From: Candidatus Arthromitus sp. SFB-rat-Yit
Lineage (GTDB): Bacteria; Bacillota; Clostridia; Clostridiales; Clostridiaceae
Reading direction: 5' to 3'
NCBI RefSeq assembly: GCF_000283555.1
Contig: NC_016012.1
Span: 1,320,001-1,352,000, forward strand
Length of the DNA stretch: 32,000 nucleotides
Made by a program: the position numbers and the translations under genes. How positions within the stretch are numbered: position 1 is the first letter of the stretch; the number at the start of each line of letters is the position of its first letter. Below the pieces are notes generated by a model. That model worked only from the letters and a program-made list of their open reading frames with translations, did not search any database and was not told where the DNA came from. Shown here in pieces: positions 7,048-18,100 of the stretch.

Positions 7048-7995
7048 TTAATCATCTCCTAATTGTAAATTTGATAAAAATGTTAAAACATCATTAAAAG
7101 CATCATATTTAATATCTTCAACAAATATCTCATGCCTAGCACCATCATAAATTATATGCTCAACATAAATTCCTTGATCTGTGAGCGTCTTACTCAATTT
7201 ATTAGATCCTTTATTAAATGAACAAACAGGATCCAAACTTCCAGTTAATAATAAAATATTTAACTTTTTAGGTATATTTTTTAAAGATTTAAAACTTAAA
7301 GTACTTTTAATTCCACTAAATAAATCATGGTAAAATTTCAAAGTATAGTTCTTTATCCTTAAACTATCTTTATTGTAGTTAGAAATAACCTCTTTATTTG
7401 ATGTTGTAAATGCAAAATCATCAATTTCTTTATCTTTTTCTTTAAAGGTTCTATTTAATGTATTATAAAAAGTATTAATAACAAATTTGTTTGGTTTACT
7501 TGCATCTATAAATCCACACATAAATTTAGATATTAAATAACTTCCATATACATTCAACTTACTTCCAATACCAATTCCTGATATCACAAGTCCATCGATA
7601 GATTCTCCATAAACCTCAGCATACTTAAGCGATAAATACGCTCCCATACTATGTCCTATTAAAAACACTTTTTTGTTTATAAATTTTTCCTTAATAAATA
7701 AATTGATTCGCTTTAAGTCTTTAACCATTACAACAAAGCTATTTTCATCAGAATTTGAAACAAAATATTCTTTACCTTCATTGTACTTACCATGCCCTCT
7801 ATGATCATGTATCACAACAACATAAGAATTATCAACTAAAAATTTTATAATTTCCTTATAAGATCCGCTATGTTCTCCTTTTCCGTGAGAAATTTGTACA
7901 ATTCCCCTAGTTAAAGCTGTGCATTCTCCATAAATATAAACGTCTAAATAAAAATCATCAAAACACCTAACTTTTACAGTTTCCTTTTTTATAAT
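7048..7995 (-). CDS. Alpha/beta hydrolase (lysophospholipase / monoacylglycerol-lipase-like), with a probable non-canonical ATT (or ATA) start
   Basis: GHSMG nucleophile elbow, GSLDPV Asp and GARHEIF His are present. The track ORF starts at GTG 7815. The frame stays open upstream to an in-frame TGA at 8001..7999 and encodes IIKKETVKVRCFDDFYLDVYIYGECTALTRGIVQISHGKGEHSGSYKEIIKFLVDNSYVVV, which contains the family's HG-x-GEHS oxyanion-hole region. There is no ATG, GTG or TTG in that extension. GGAGTG at 8005..8000 (rc) lies 6 nt before ATT 7995..7993. Confidence 0.65.
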   Translation of the reverse strand: MIKKETVKVRCFDDFYLDVYIYGECTALTRGIVQISHGKGEHSGSYKEIIKFLVDNSYVVVIHDHRGHGKYNEGKEYFVSNSDENSFVVMVKDLKRINLFIKEKFINKKVFLIGHSMGAYLSLKYAEVYGESIDGLVISGIGIGSKLNVYGSYLISKFMCGFIDASKPNKFVINTFYNTLNRTFKEKDKEIDDFAFTTSNKEVISNYNKDSLRIKNYTLKFYHDLFSGIKSTLSFKSLKNIPKKLNILLLTGSLDPVCSFNKGSNKLSKTLTDQGIYVEHIIYDGARHEIFVEDIKYDAFNDVLTFLSNLQLGDD

Positions 7996-8004
7996 AGATC
8001 ACTC

Positions 8005-9777
8005 CTAACAAACTAAATCTTTATACTTATAGTACTTATTTTTAAGTATTTCTATAGACTTTCTAAAAAAATCCTCCTCGCTTATATCAATATTAAATAT
8101 TTTTCCTAATTCCTCTAAATTATTCTTTCCAGACTTACTAAGCAATTTTTCATACTTTTCATGAAAAGTTTCCTTATTATTTAAATAACAATCATAAATA
8201 CCGATTGAAAAAAGTAATCCAAAAGCATATGGATAATTATAAAAATTATACTTAAAATCATAATAATGAGATTTATAAATCCACGCTTCTTTAAAATACT
8301 CATCATTCATAGAATCACCATAAGCTTCTTTTTGAGCATTTAACATAATCTGATTTAAATTATCTGGAGTTAAAAACTCATTTTCACATCTTTGAAATAC
8401 TTCCTTCTCAAATAAAAATCTACTATATATATCAACAATTACTTGAGTTGCACTATTTAACTCATACTCTAAAATAATGATTTTCTCTTCTTCATCTACA
8501 AAATTAAACGCTTTATCACAAATTAAAGTTTCAAAAAAAATAGAAGCAGTTTCTGCAATTGTCATAGGATAATTCGTATTTAATATTCTCTCATTTTTAA
8601 TCAACTCTCCATGATAAGCATGACCAAGTTCATGTGCAAGTGTAAATATAGAGTCATATGAATTATTGAAATTCATTAAAATCCTGCTTTCTTTTATTGG
8701 AATTATGTTATAACAAAATGCTCCTCCAACTTTCCCCTCATATATATTAGAATCTATCCAATTATTATCAAAAGCATTCTTTACAAAATCCCCAACCTTA
8801 GTTGAAAAATCATAAAAATTTCCAATCAAAAAATCTTTTGCATATAAAAAATCTACCTTATTTTTAGATTCGCGTGTTTGAGCAAACAAATCACTATAAT
8901 AAATCTTATTTTGTTTATCTCCCATAATCTTTCCCTTAAGTTTCAAAAATTCTCTAAATAAAGGTAAACTTTCTTTCATAACGCTCATTAAAGATTCAAA
9001 AGTTTTTTCAGAAATTCTGTTATCTTTTAGAGTTTTACTTAATGGAGAGTCATATTTCCTTTTTTTGTTATCATAAATAACACTCTTTTTAATGTTATTT
9101 AGTGCAAAAGAGATTGGATCTTCCATATACTTGTACAATTTTTTCTCCGCTTCTAACGCTTTGAATCTCAAATCCCTATTTGAACTTTCAAGCATACTTC
9201 TACATTCTGTAAGTGGAATCTCTTTAACCCCATTACCAATATCCAACTCAACTTTATACTTTGATATCAAAGTATCTTGAAGTGCAGAGTAAGACATTGC
9301 TCCATAATTTAAAAGAGATGCCATACTCTCCTCAACTTCATCTGATAATAAATGCTTTGAATTATAAATAAGTTCTTCTATTAAAAACGAGTATTCATTC
9401 AAAATATAACTTTTATGTAATATAGATAAAATATCTTCACAACTTGATACTATTTTGATTATTATCAGTTCTATTGACACAACTTCAACATAAATATCTT
9501 TCAATATGCAATCATTGTCCATAGCATCTTTATCATTAGAATCACAAGCCATATTCAAAAATATAAAGGATGATAATCTCATAAATAGCGAATAAATATT
9601 CTCGTATTCTAGAAATACATTCTCTAAAATTTTTAAAATTTCATCCTCTTTTGTATATTTAAGCGTAATACCTTTAAATCTATTAAAACTTTTAATACTA
9701 TCTTTAAGTAATAACAAATCACTCTTAAATTTTTCCGAAGAAAAACCTTCATATATGTTATCTAAATTCCACTTCAT
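8005..9777 (-). CDS. M3B-family oligoendopeptidase (second PepF-like paralog)
   Basis: 590 aa. HELGHAYH motif with downstream TIAETASIFFE. GGAGAA SD before ATG 9777. Confidence 0.8.
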   Translation of the reverse strand: MKWNLDNIYEGFSSEKFKSDLLLLKDSIKSFNRFKGITLKYTKEDEILKILENVFLEYENIYSLFMRLSSFIFLNMACDSNDKDAMDNDCILKDIYVEVVSIELIIIKIVSSCEDILSILHKSYILNEYSFLIEELIYNSKHLLSDEVEESMASLLNYGAMSYSALQDTLISKYKVELDIGNGVKEIPLTECRSMLESSNRDLRFKALEAEKKLYKYMEDPISFALNNIKKSVIYDNKKRKYDSPLSKTLKDNRISEKTFESLMSVMKESLPLFREFLKLKGKIMGDKQNKIYYSDLFAQTRESKNKVDFLYAKDFLIGNFYDFSTKVGDFVKNAFDNNWIDSNIYEGKVGGAFCYNIIPIKESRILMNFNNSYDSIFTLAHELGHAYHGELIKNERILNTNYPMTIAETASIFFETLICDKAFNFVDEEEKIIILEYELNSATQVIVDIYSRFLFEKEVFQRCENEFLTPDNLNQIMLNAQKEAYGDSMNDEYFKEAWIYKSHYYDFKYNFYNYPYAFGLLFSIGIYDCYLNNKETFHEKYEKLLSKSGKNNLEELGKIFNIDISEEDFFRKSIEILKNKYYKYKDLVC

Positions 9778-9788
9778 AAAATTTTCTC

Positions 9789-10808
9789 CTACTTTTCATT
9801 ATAATTAATTACATACTTAATAATCATATTAATACTCCCATCACCATTTTTATTTACCTCAAATCTATTTATATCATAAAAAGAATCCTTATTAATATAA
9901 AGATCTATATCTCTATCTATCTTCAATCGTATTCTATCATATTTTTTCGATACATAATCTTTATCAATTTGAACTTCACCATATATTCCATTATCCTCTG
10001 TAAAACTAACAAAATTTTCAATATTATCCTTATCATTATCAAAAATCTCTCTAGCCAAAGAATTTATATTTAAATTATCTTCATTTAATATTTTCTCTCT
10101 AATTAATTCTCTTATTTCAAACGCCTTATTTGCATCATCTTTTATATTTTTACGCGTCCACTTCTCTGCAACAGAAATTAACTCTTTAGTCTTTGAGAGA
10201 GTTGAATGCATTTTCTCACAATTTAAAAATTTCTCCTCAAAATACGTTTGGCTTTTTGTGTTTACAAACTTCTTATCTAAAAACAATAAATTAAAATCCC
10301 CTTCATAATTTTTCAAAAATATACACGCCCTATTTACTCTTTGAGATGTGCTTGGAAGAGTAATATATTGAGGGACTATGTCTATCTTCATTTTATCATT
10401 ATTATAATCAATCTTGTGTATATAATTTTTAACATAATCAAATTTTATCATACACAAAGCATCACCAAACTCAGTTCTAAGTTTTAAAAATAAAAGGTCG
10501 CAAGAAACCTCTTCATCCTCTTTTATTAAAATATCAAAAAATATTTTTGAAATATTCCCTGATACTTCAATAAGGCTCATATCCCCTTTTAAGAACTTAT
10601 AAACGTTTTGTATAAATTCAGGTTCTTTATAAAATTTACCTAAATTAAGTTCATCATCTTTCAAAATCTTTTCTACATGTTTAGTTAAAAATAATTTTAT
10701 CTCTTCATTTGATAAATTTAAATAATCTTCATTTAAAATAGGATAATCACAATTCATATCAAGAACATGTATTATACCTTCTTCTATATTAAATTCTTTA
10801 ATTTTCAA
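9789..10808 (-). CDS. Nucleoid-associated protein-like (NA37/NdpA family-like)
   Basis: The pattern matches my recollection of clostridial NA37-family proteins: GIIHVLD near the N-terminus, SCDLLFLKL, IKFDYVKNYIH, LPSTSQRVNRACIF, FLNCE. The track start is TTG 10823, but GGAGGA (10816..10821, rc) sits 7 nt before an in-frame TTG at 10808, so I prefer 10808. Confidence 0.5.
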   Translation of the reverse strand: MKIKEFNIEEGIIHVLDMNCDYPILNEDYLNLSNEEIKLFLTKHVEKILKDDELNLGKFYKEPEFIQNVYKFLKGDMSLIEVSGNISKIFFDILIKEDEEVSCDLLFLKLRTEFGDALCMIKFDYVKNYIHKIDYNNDKMKIDIVPQYITLPSTSQRVNRACIFLKNYEGDFNLLFLDKKFVNTKSQTYFEEKFLNCEKMHSTLSKTKELISVAEKWTRKNIKDDANKAFEIRELIREKILNEDNLNINSLAREIFDNDKDNIENFVSFTEDNGIYGEVQIDKDYVSKKYDRIRLKIDRDIDLYINKDSFYDINRFEVNKNGDGSINMIIKYVINYNEK

Positions 10809-10895
10809 ATTCTTATCCTCCAAGATTAAAACGCTAAATCAATTTCAAATCATTTTATAACAAAACTTTTTCAAATTAAAGAACGCCTAAAAAAT

Positions 10896-10935
10896 AATAC
10901 AAAAAACAAAAAAAGAGCCGATAAACATACGACTC
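10896..10935 (-). terminator. Weak terminator after the LacI-family gene
   Basis: Minus-strand 'GAGTCG-tatgtttat-CGGCTC' (6 bp including one G.U), followed by a long 'tttttttgtttttt' tract. Confidence 0.4.
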
Positions 10936-10937
10936 AT

Positions 10938-11921
10938 TTAAATTTTTGTTGATTCTCTTTTTAATACATCGCACTTTATTTGCATTTTACTTATGTTATT
11001 CCCATTTATTATATTTTTAAGTGAAAAATAAGCCTTAACCCCAAGCTCAAACTTATCATAATTAACGGTCGATAACGACGGATTCAAATAATTAAAGATA
11101 AAATTATTATCAAATCCTATTATAGAAATATCTTCAGGCACTCTATAACCTTTATTAATTAAAATATTCAAAATTCTATATGCTGTAAAGTCATTATCCG
11201 CACATATTGCATTAGTATGAACACTATCAACAAATTTTAATATTTGTAAATCAAAATCTTCACTAGAAACATTTAAAACATTATCGGGATTATAATTTAT
11301 TCCAAAAGATGTTAAAGCTGCTATATAACCTACAAGTTTATCTTGATAAACGTAATCATTTCCCTTAATGCTAACAAAACTAATTTTTTCATGTCCCATA
11401 TCAACAAAACATTTAACAACTTTACTCATAGCATCTATCATATCAATACCAACATATCCTATGTTTTGTTTATCAATATTTACATAACTATTTACTATGA
11501 CGATTGGATAGGATAATTTAAGTATGGATCTTCTCATGGAGTCAGAAATATTATTTAATAATAAAAGTGCACCCGATAAATTATTAGATCTTATTATAGA
11601 ATCTATACATATCTTTTTAACTTCACTTTTCAAATATATTATCGATGTACTGTTACCATCTTTAATACATTCACTATTAAATCCCTGTATTATATCGTAA
11701 TTTAAAATCTTTTTATATTCATCACAATTTTGATCAACGATAATACCCAATTTTAAATTAAGTTTATTGGAAATATTTTTCTTTATATATCCAAGCTCAT
11801 TTGCAACTTCGATAACCTTTTCTCTAGTTTTTTGACTTATATCCGTCCCACCATTTAAGGCTTTAGAAACAGAACTTATAGATATTCCCAAACTATCCGA
11901 TATATCCTTAATCGTTACCAT
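10938..11921 (-). CDS. LacI-family transcriptional regulator
   Basis: N-terminal HTH MVTIKDISDSLGISISSVSKALNG...TREKVIEVANELGY, followed by a periplasmic-binding-fold-like C-terminal region. 327 aa. Confidence 0.8.
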   Translation of the reverse strand: MVTIKDISDSLGISISSVSKALNGGTDISQKTREKVIEVANELGYIKKNISNKLNLKLGIIVDQNCDEYKKILNYDIIQGFNSECIKDGNSTSIIYLKSEVKKICIDSIIRSNNLSGALLLLNNISDSMRRSILKLSYPIVIVNSYVNIDKQNIGYVGIDMIDAMSKVVKCFVDMGHEKISFVSIKGNDYVYQDKLVGYIAALTSFGINYNPDNVLNVSSEDFDLQILKFVDSVHTNAICADNDFTAYRILNILINKGYRVPEDISIIGFDNNFIFNYLNPSLSTVNYDKFELGVKAYFSLKNIINGNNISKMQIKCDVLKRESTKI

Positions 11922-12039
11922 ATTCTCACTCCTTAAAATAAATTTTCAACATATCTTAAAGATTTTTTCGTAAACCATCCTAAATTCTTTATAAATTTTA
12001 CAAAAAATAACTGATTTCTATTAACGAACTTATTCAATA

Positions 12040-12069
12040 TTGACAACATAAAAAATTTTTTTATATACT
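12040..12069 (+). promoter_or_regulatory. Candidate sigma-A promoter for leuS
   Basis: TTGACA at 12040..12045. After 17-18 nt comes ATATAC/TATACT at 12063..12069, about 60 nt before the leuS ATG. Confidence 0.5.
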
Positions 12070-12128
12070 TAGCTTAATTTAAAAGTTAACTACGTTATAG
12101 AAAATTTTAATTTAAAGGATGATATAAA

Positions 12129-14591
12129 ATGAATACAGGCTACTCCGTCAAAATAGATAAGGATTCCCAAAAATTTTGGGAGGATCAAGAAATTTCTAAA
12201 TTCGATTTGAACAATGAAAAAGAAAAGCTATATGTTCTTGAAATGTTTTCATACCCATCAGGAAGTAATCTACACGCTGGACATTGGTTTAATTTTGGAC
12301 TTGTAGACTCATACGCACGATATAAAAAAATGAGTGGATTTAATGTATTTCAACCAATGGGATTCGATGCTTTTGGACTTCCTGCAGAAAACTATGCAAT
12401 AAAAACAGGAATACACCCTAAAGATTCCACAATGAAAAACATCGATACTATGAGATTACAGCTCAAAAAAATGGGAGCTTTATTTAATTTTGAAAATGAA
12501 GTAGTTACATGTACACCTGATTACTACAAATGGACTCAATGGATATTTTTGAAATTATATGAAAACAATTTAGCTTATAGAGAAAACGCTCCTGTTAATT
12601 TCTGCCCTTCTTGCAATACGGTTCTTGCAAATGAACAGGTTATAGATAATTGTTGCGAGCGATGCTCAACTGAAATTGAAAAGAAAAACTTAACTCAATG
12701 GTTCTTTAAAATAACAAATTATGCTGATGAACTAGTTAATAAATTGGATTCATTAGACTGGCCTGATAAAACAAAATCTATGCAAAAAAATTGGATTGGA
12801 AGATCGTTTGGAACTATAGTTAATTTCTCTATCGATAATTCTAACAAAAATTTTAATGTATTCACAACGAGAGTAGATACTCTCATGGGTGTTTCTTACG
12901 TTGTTCTAGCTCCTGAACATAATCTAGTTTTGGAAATAACTACAAAAGACAATCTTAATAAAGTTAAAAATTACATAGAAGAATCATCTAAACAATCAGA
13001 AATAGATAGATTATCTTCATCCAGAGAAAAGACAGGAGTTTTCACTGGATCTTATGCGATTCATCCGATAACAAATAAAAAAATCCCTATTTGGATTTCA
13101 AATTACGTTATATCAACTTATGGAACTGGAGCTGTAATGGCAGTTCCTGCACATGATGAAAGAGATTTTGAATTTGCAACCAAATTTAATCTTCCTATAA
13201 ATAAAGTTATAACAAATAACAAGGAAGATGAGCTTCCTATGACGAAAAAAGGTGTATTAATAAATTCTCTTCAATTCAATTCATTGTCATCAGATGAAGC
13301 TAAAGATAAAATCACTAAATATTTAGAAAGTATAGGAAAAGGAAGTTTTAAAACTACATTTAGACTTCGTGATTGGCTAATATCTAGACAGAGATATTGG
13401 GGAGCTCCTATACCTATAGTACACTGTGATGACTGCGGAATTGTACCAGTTCCATACACATCACTTCCTGTAGAACTTCCTTACAATATTAAATTTAATG
13501 CAAATGGTAAATCTCCACTTGAAGAGTGTTCTGAATTCAAGGAAACAACTTGTCCAAAATGCAATAAAAAAGCTAAGAGAGAAACAGACACACTAGATAC
13601 ATTTGTATGTTCATCATGGTATTATTTAAGATACGTAGATCCTAAAAATAATGATGCCCCATTTGATAGTAATAAAGTAAACAAAATGCTTCCTGTCGAT
13701 AAATATGTCGGTGGACCTGAACACGCTTGCATGCATCTTTTATACGCAAGATTTATAACAAAAGCTCTACGTGATATGGGATATTTAAATTTTGATGAAC
13801 CTTTCACATCTCTAACTCATCAAGGGTTAATACTTGGACCTGATGGATTTAAAATGAGTAAATCTAGGGGAAATACAATTTCTCCAGATAAATACATAGA
13901 AGAATATGGATCAGATGTATTTAGAGTGTATTTAATGTTTGCATTTACATACACAGAAGGAGGAGCTTGGAGTGACGACGGTATAAAATCTATTTGTAAA
14001 TTTATAAATCGAAGTGAGAGGCTCATAAATAAATCATTAGATATATTAAGAAATAAAAATTTCATTTTTGATTATGATAAAGAGGCTCATGAAGAACTCC
14101 TATTTGCTCTAAATACTTCAATTAAAATGATAACATCCGATATAGAACAACTTCAATTCAATACTTGTATTGCTCATTTTATGAAGTTAACAAACCAATT
14201 TTCAAAATATTTAAACACAAACAAGATAACTTACGATGTTTTAAAAGATTTATTATTAAATTATTTAAAAATATTTGCACCATTTGCTCCTCATTTCTCT
14301 GAATATTATTTTGGAATAGTTAAAGAATTAGATAATGAAGCTAAAACTTCTGTTTTCCTTGAAGAATATCCTAAAGCAGATGAAAAGTATTTAACTCGAG
14401 ATCAAGTAGAAATTGCTATTCAAATTAATGGAAAAATTAAAACAAAAATATATGTGGATACAAACTCTAGTGAGGAAGAAATCAAAAATATTTCTTTATC
14501 AAACAACGATATAATAAATAACATAACTGGAAAAACTATAGTTAAAGTTATCGTTATTCAAAATAGACTTGTAAATATCGTTGTAAAATGA
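12129..14591 (+). CDS. leuS: Leucine--tRNA ligase
   Basis: 820 aa. It has a class I HIGH-type motif ([14 protein letters not shown]), the KMSKS motif (FKMSKSRGN), and the CP1 / zinc-knuckle region CPSCNT...CERC. Confidence 0.95.
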   Translation: MNTGYSVKIDKDSQKFWEDQEISKFDLNNEKEKLYVLEMFSYPSGSNLHAGHWFNFGLVDSYARYKKMSGFNVFQPMGFDAFGLPAENYAIKTGIHPKDSTMKNIDTMRLQLKKMGALFNFENEVVTCTPDYYKWTQWIFLKLYENNLAYRENAPVNFCPSCNTVLANEQVIDNCCERCSTEIEKKNLTQWFFKITNYADELVNKLDSLDWPDKTKSMQKNWIGRSFGTIVNFSIDNSNKNFNVFTTRVDTLMGVSYVVLAPEHNLVLEITTKDNLNKVKNYIEESSKQSEIDRLSSSREKTGVFTGSYAIHPITNKKIPIWISNYVISTYGTGAVMAVPAHDERDFEFATKFNLPINKVITNNKEDELPMTKKGVLINSLQFNSLSSDEAKDKITKYLESIGKGSFKTTFRLRDWLISRQRYWGAPIPIVHCDDCGIVPVPYTSLPVELPYNIKFNANGKSPLEECSEFKETTCPKCNKKAKRETDTLDTFVCSSWYYLRYVDPKNNDAPFDSNKVNKMLPVDKYVGGPEHACMHLLYARFITKALRDMGYLNFDEPFTSLTHQGLILGPDGFKMSKSRGNTISPDKYIEEYGSDVFRVYLMFAFTYTEGGAWSDDGIKSICKFINRSERLINKSLDILRNKNFIFDYDKEAHEELLFALNTSIKMITSDIEQLQFNTCIAHFMKLTNQFSKYLNTNKITYDVLKDLLLNYLKIFAPFAPHFSEYYFGIVKELDNEAKTSVFLEEYPKADEKYLTRDQVEIAIQINGKIKTKIYVDTNSSEEEIKNISLSNNDIINNITGKTIVKVIVIQNRLVNIVVK

Positions 14592-14640
14592 TAAAAAATA
14601 TTATAAAATTTTTATGTATAAGATACCAAGGAGGTAAAAT

Positions 14641-14967
14641 ATGAATTTTGTAACTATAAGTAATGAAACTTTAACTGAGTTTAAAAAATTACTTTCAGAC
14701 AATGATATAAATTCAAAAATTATAAGAATAAATCTAGCAGGTATGGGATGTGGAGGTCCAACATTCAATATCGTTATAGATGAACAAAAAGAAAGTGATA
14801 TATCCTGTACAATTGATGATATAACATTTATTGTATCTGATGATCTACATGAAAAATTTGGAGATTTTATAATAGAAGGAACTGCTGAAAATAATAAAGG
14901 ATTAATTTTAAGACCTGTTAATAAACCTAGCGGTGGAGGGTGTGGAAGCTGCGGAGGCGGATGCTAA
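14641..14967 (+). CDS. HesB/IscA-family Fe-S cluster assembly accessory protein with a Gly/Cys tail
   Basis: 108 aa. The IRINLAGMGCGGPTFNIVID block is typical of HesB/IscA, and the C-terminal tail is SGGGCGSCGGGC. Strong AAGGAGGT SD. It lies 49 nt after leuS with no terminator between them. Confidence 0.6.
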   Translation: MNFVTISNETLTEFKKLLSDNDINSKIIRINLAGMGCGGPTFNIVIDEQKESDISCTIDDITFIVSDDLHEKFGDFIIEGTAENNKGLILRPVNKPSGGGCGSCGGGC

Positions 14968-14980
14968 AATAAATAATAAA

Positions 14981-15022
14981 AAATGCTTAGATTTATAAAT
15001 ATTAATCTAAGCATTTTTATAT
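14981..15022 (+). terminator. Rho-independent terminator
   Basis: 12-bp stem 'aaatgcttagat' (14981..14992) pairs with 'atctaagcattt' (15005..15016), followed by 'ttat'. Confidence 0.8.
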
Positions 15023-15160
15023 ATAACCCTATTTCCTTACTTATATTCAAAATTCTAATCCCATTATATATCTTGTAAAATAAATAAAAATAATATAAAA
15101 TATACAGATAGACTAATTTTTTAAATATTCATAAAATTTTTCTACGAAAGTAGGCATTTA

Positions 15161-18100
15161 ATGAAAAAGATCGATATAGGAAAAATAACTGAGTTTTCCA
15201 ATTTTAATAATGGAAATGACGGTATTACTCTTTATAAAAAAAATAAATTGAATATGCAATATTACGAATTTACTAAAGATGGTGTACATGTTGGTTTTGA
15301 TGTCCCATCTATGCGAAACATAACATATACAACCAGAATATATATAGTCAATAATACTGTACTAAATGAATTTTATTGTTCCTGTACATATAGAAATACA
15401 AAAAATGATGTTTGTAAACACATTGTAGCTAGTTATATATTTTTCCTAAATGAATTAAAGGATAATATTAAACCTACTTTGATATATGATTTTTCACAAT
15501 TAGATAAACTAACTACTTTAAATGAAAAAGATATCTTAAATAATGCAGATACAGATTACTTTAAAGTAGATTATTTTTTATATCTAAATGATATAGATAA
15601 TATTTTACTTGAAATTAAGCTTATATCAAATAAAACATATTCTATATCGAATATATCCGAATTTTTAAATTCTATATTATCATCATCACCATACCCAATA
15701 AACAAAAATACATCACTAAACATATCAATTAATAGTTTCAATGAAAAAGATAGAGCTTTTCTATCTAAATTATTAACTATATACTCTCTTATAAAAATTA
15801 ATGCTATAATTGTGGACAATATATTTTTCAATCAATATATAAAATTAAACTATTATTTATTTGAAAATTTAGTTGATTCTTTGGATGAAAATAATTTACA
15901 TATAAAATTTAAACATACATTATTCGACTGTTGCAAGATAATCAAAGATGATTTAGATATATCTCCCATTATTTCAACAGATAATAATAACAATATCACG
16001 TTATCTTTAAAAACATTAAATATTATTGAATTATTTAGTGGAAAACATTATTTCTATCATGATGGATCAATATTTAACACTTCTTCATCGTTTATAAAAA
16101 CCTATAATTGCATAAAGAAGTTAGTGCTTGATAACAACACATCTTATTTTACAATAAATGATGACAATAAAAATGTTTTCCTTAATCAAATCATACCTAA
16201 GCTATCTTTAAATTTTAATTTAAAAATTTCCGAAAGTTTAAGCAACATAATAAGTATTGAAGAATGTAAATGTAAATTCTACATAGATAAAGTTTCAAAC
16301 GATATAGTCATAATAAAAGTTGTGTTTAGATATGGAAATTTAGATATAAATCCACTAGATATAAATTCTTTAAATATATCTATCTTAAGAGATTATGGTG
16401 TTGAAAATAAAGTATTAACTTCACTAAACAAATTAACTGAATACAAAAACTCAATTTATTACGTAATAAAATCTCCCGATAAAATAATTGATTTTAAAGA
16501 AAATGGAATCTCAATACTTAAAAATTTAGGGGAAGTTTATTACACGAAAAAATTCAAACAATACAAACTAATTCATTCATCTTCTTATAAAACTTCATTT
16601 AGTATAGGATTAAATAATTTATTAAATATATCATTTTCATTTGATGGAATAACAAATGAAGAATTATATTCAGCTATTAAAAACATAAGAAAAGGTTCGA
16701 AATATCTTAAACTAAAAGATAAAGGTATTTTAAATTTGGATAATGATTATTTAAAAGAAATAAATTCAATTCTTAAAGATTTGAATATCGATGAGAAGGA
16801 ACTCAAAAATGATTCACTTAATATTGATAAATATTATGCATTCTATATAAACGATGCATATTCTAATAATTTTAAATCAATAGGTGAATTGAATAAAAGT
16901 GAAAATTTTTTAAAAATAACAGACGATCTTTCTAACATTTCTAACATTGATTTATCTCCCCCAAAAAATTTAAACGCTTCTCTTAGAAATTATCAGTTAG
17001 AAGGATTTAAATGGATAAAGACATTAAAAGAATATAATTTATCAGGAATTTTAGCAGATGAAATGGGACTTGGTAAAACTCTTCAAACTATCGCATTTCT
17101 TCAAAAAGAATATGAAAATAATTCACTTGGTAATGCAATAATAATTTGTCCAAAATCACTTATATATAACTGGTTTGATGAAATCAAAAAATTTGCACCA
17201 GAACTTAAAGTTCTTATATTTAATGGAAATAAAAATATTCGATCAAAGCTTTTAGATGAGTTTCAAAATTACGATATAATATTAACTTCTTACGGTATAA
17301 TTCAAAAAGATATAGATGTACTAAAATTAAAGAATTTTAACATTTGCATAATTGATGAAGCCCAAAATATAAAGAATAAATCCTCTAAAAATACAATTTC
17401 TTTAAAAGAACTTAATGTAAATTATAAATTTGCATTAACAGGTACTCCTATAGAAAATTCAATTGAAGAATTGTGGTCAATATTTAACTTTTTGATGCCT
17501 GGATATTTATATTCTTATTCAAAATTTAGATCAATCTATGGAGATCAAGAAAACTATAGTTCATCTAATTTAAACAAAAAAATATCCCCTTTCATATTAA
17601 GAAGACTTAAAAAGAATGTATTAACTGAACTCCCTCCTAAGATTGAAACTAAAATAATGATTGATTTAAATAATGAGCAGAAAAAATTATATTACTCATA
17701 TATAAACAAATTCAAAGAAGAATTTGGATTTGAGAATGAGAATTTAAATGATAAGAATATCAAATTTAAAATGCTAAGTGCATTAACTCGTTTAAGGCAA
17801 ATTTGTTGTGATCCTAAAGTAATATTTGAGGATTACTCTCATGGAAGCTCTAAAATAGACACATTAATGGACATAATAGACGAATATATCAAAAACAATA
17901 AAAAAATTATAATATTTTCAAATTTTACAACTGTACTTAAAATTATTAGAGATAAATTTATCAAAAATAATATAAAGTATACGTACTTGGATGGAAGTGT
18001 TCCATCTAAAGATAGAATTGATATTGTAAATGATTTTAATCAAAATGATTATAATATATTTCTAATTTCCCTTAAAGCTGGAGGATTCGGTTTAAATATA

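Noticed and set aside
7048-7815. GTG 7815 as the true start of the alpha/beta hydrolase, or alternatively calling the gene a truncated pseudogene
   Set aside because: The upstream in-frame extension encodes the conserved HG-x-GEHS region with no stops, and a well-spaced SD precedes ATT 7995. The catalytic Ser/Asp/His are intact. A non-canonical start is more parsimonious than a truncation.
10938-11921. LacI regulator as the controller of the GH94-like gene or of a local sugar locus
   Set aside because: The GH94-like gene is more than 15 kb away on a separate transcription unit. The LacI gene's neighbours are leuS and a peptidase operon. I found no palindromic LacI-type operator in 11922..12128.
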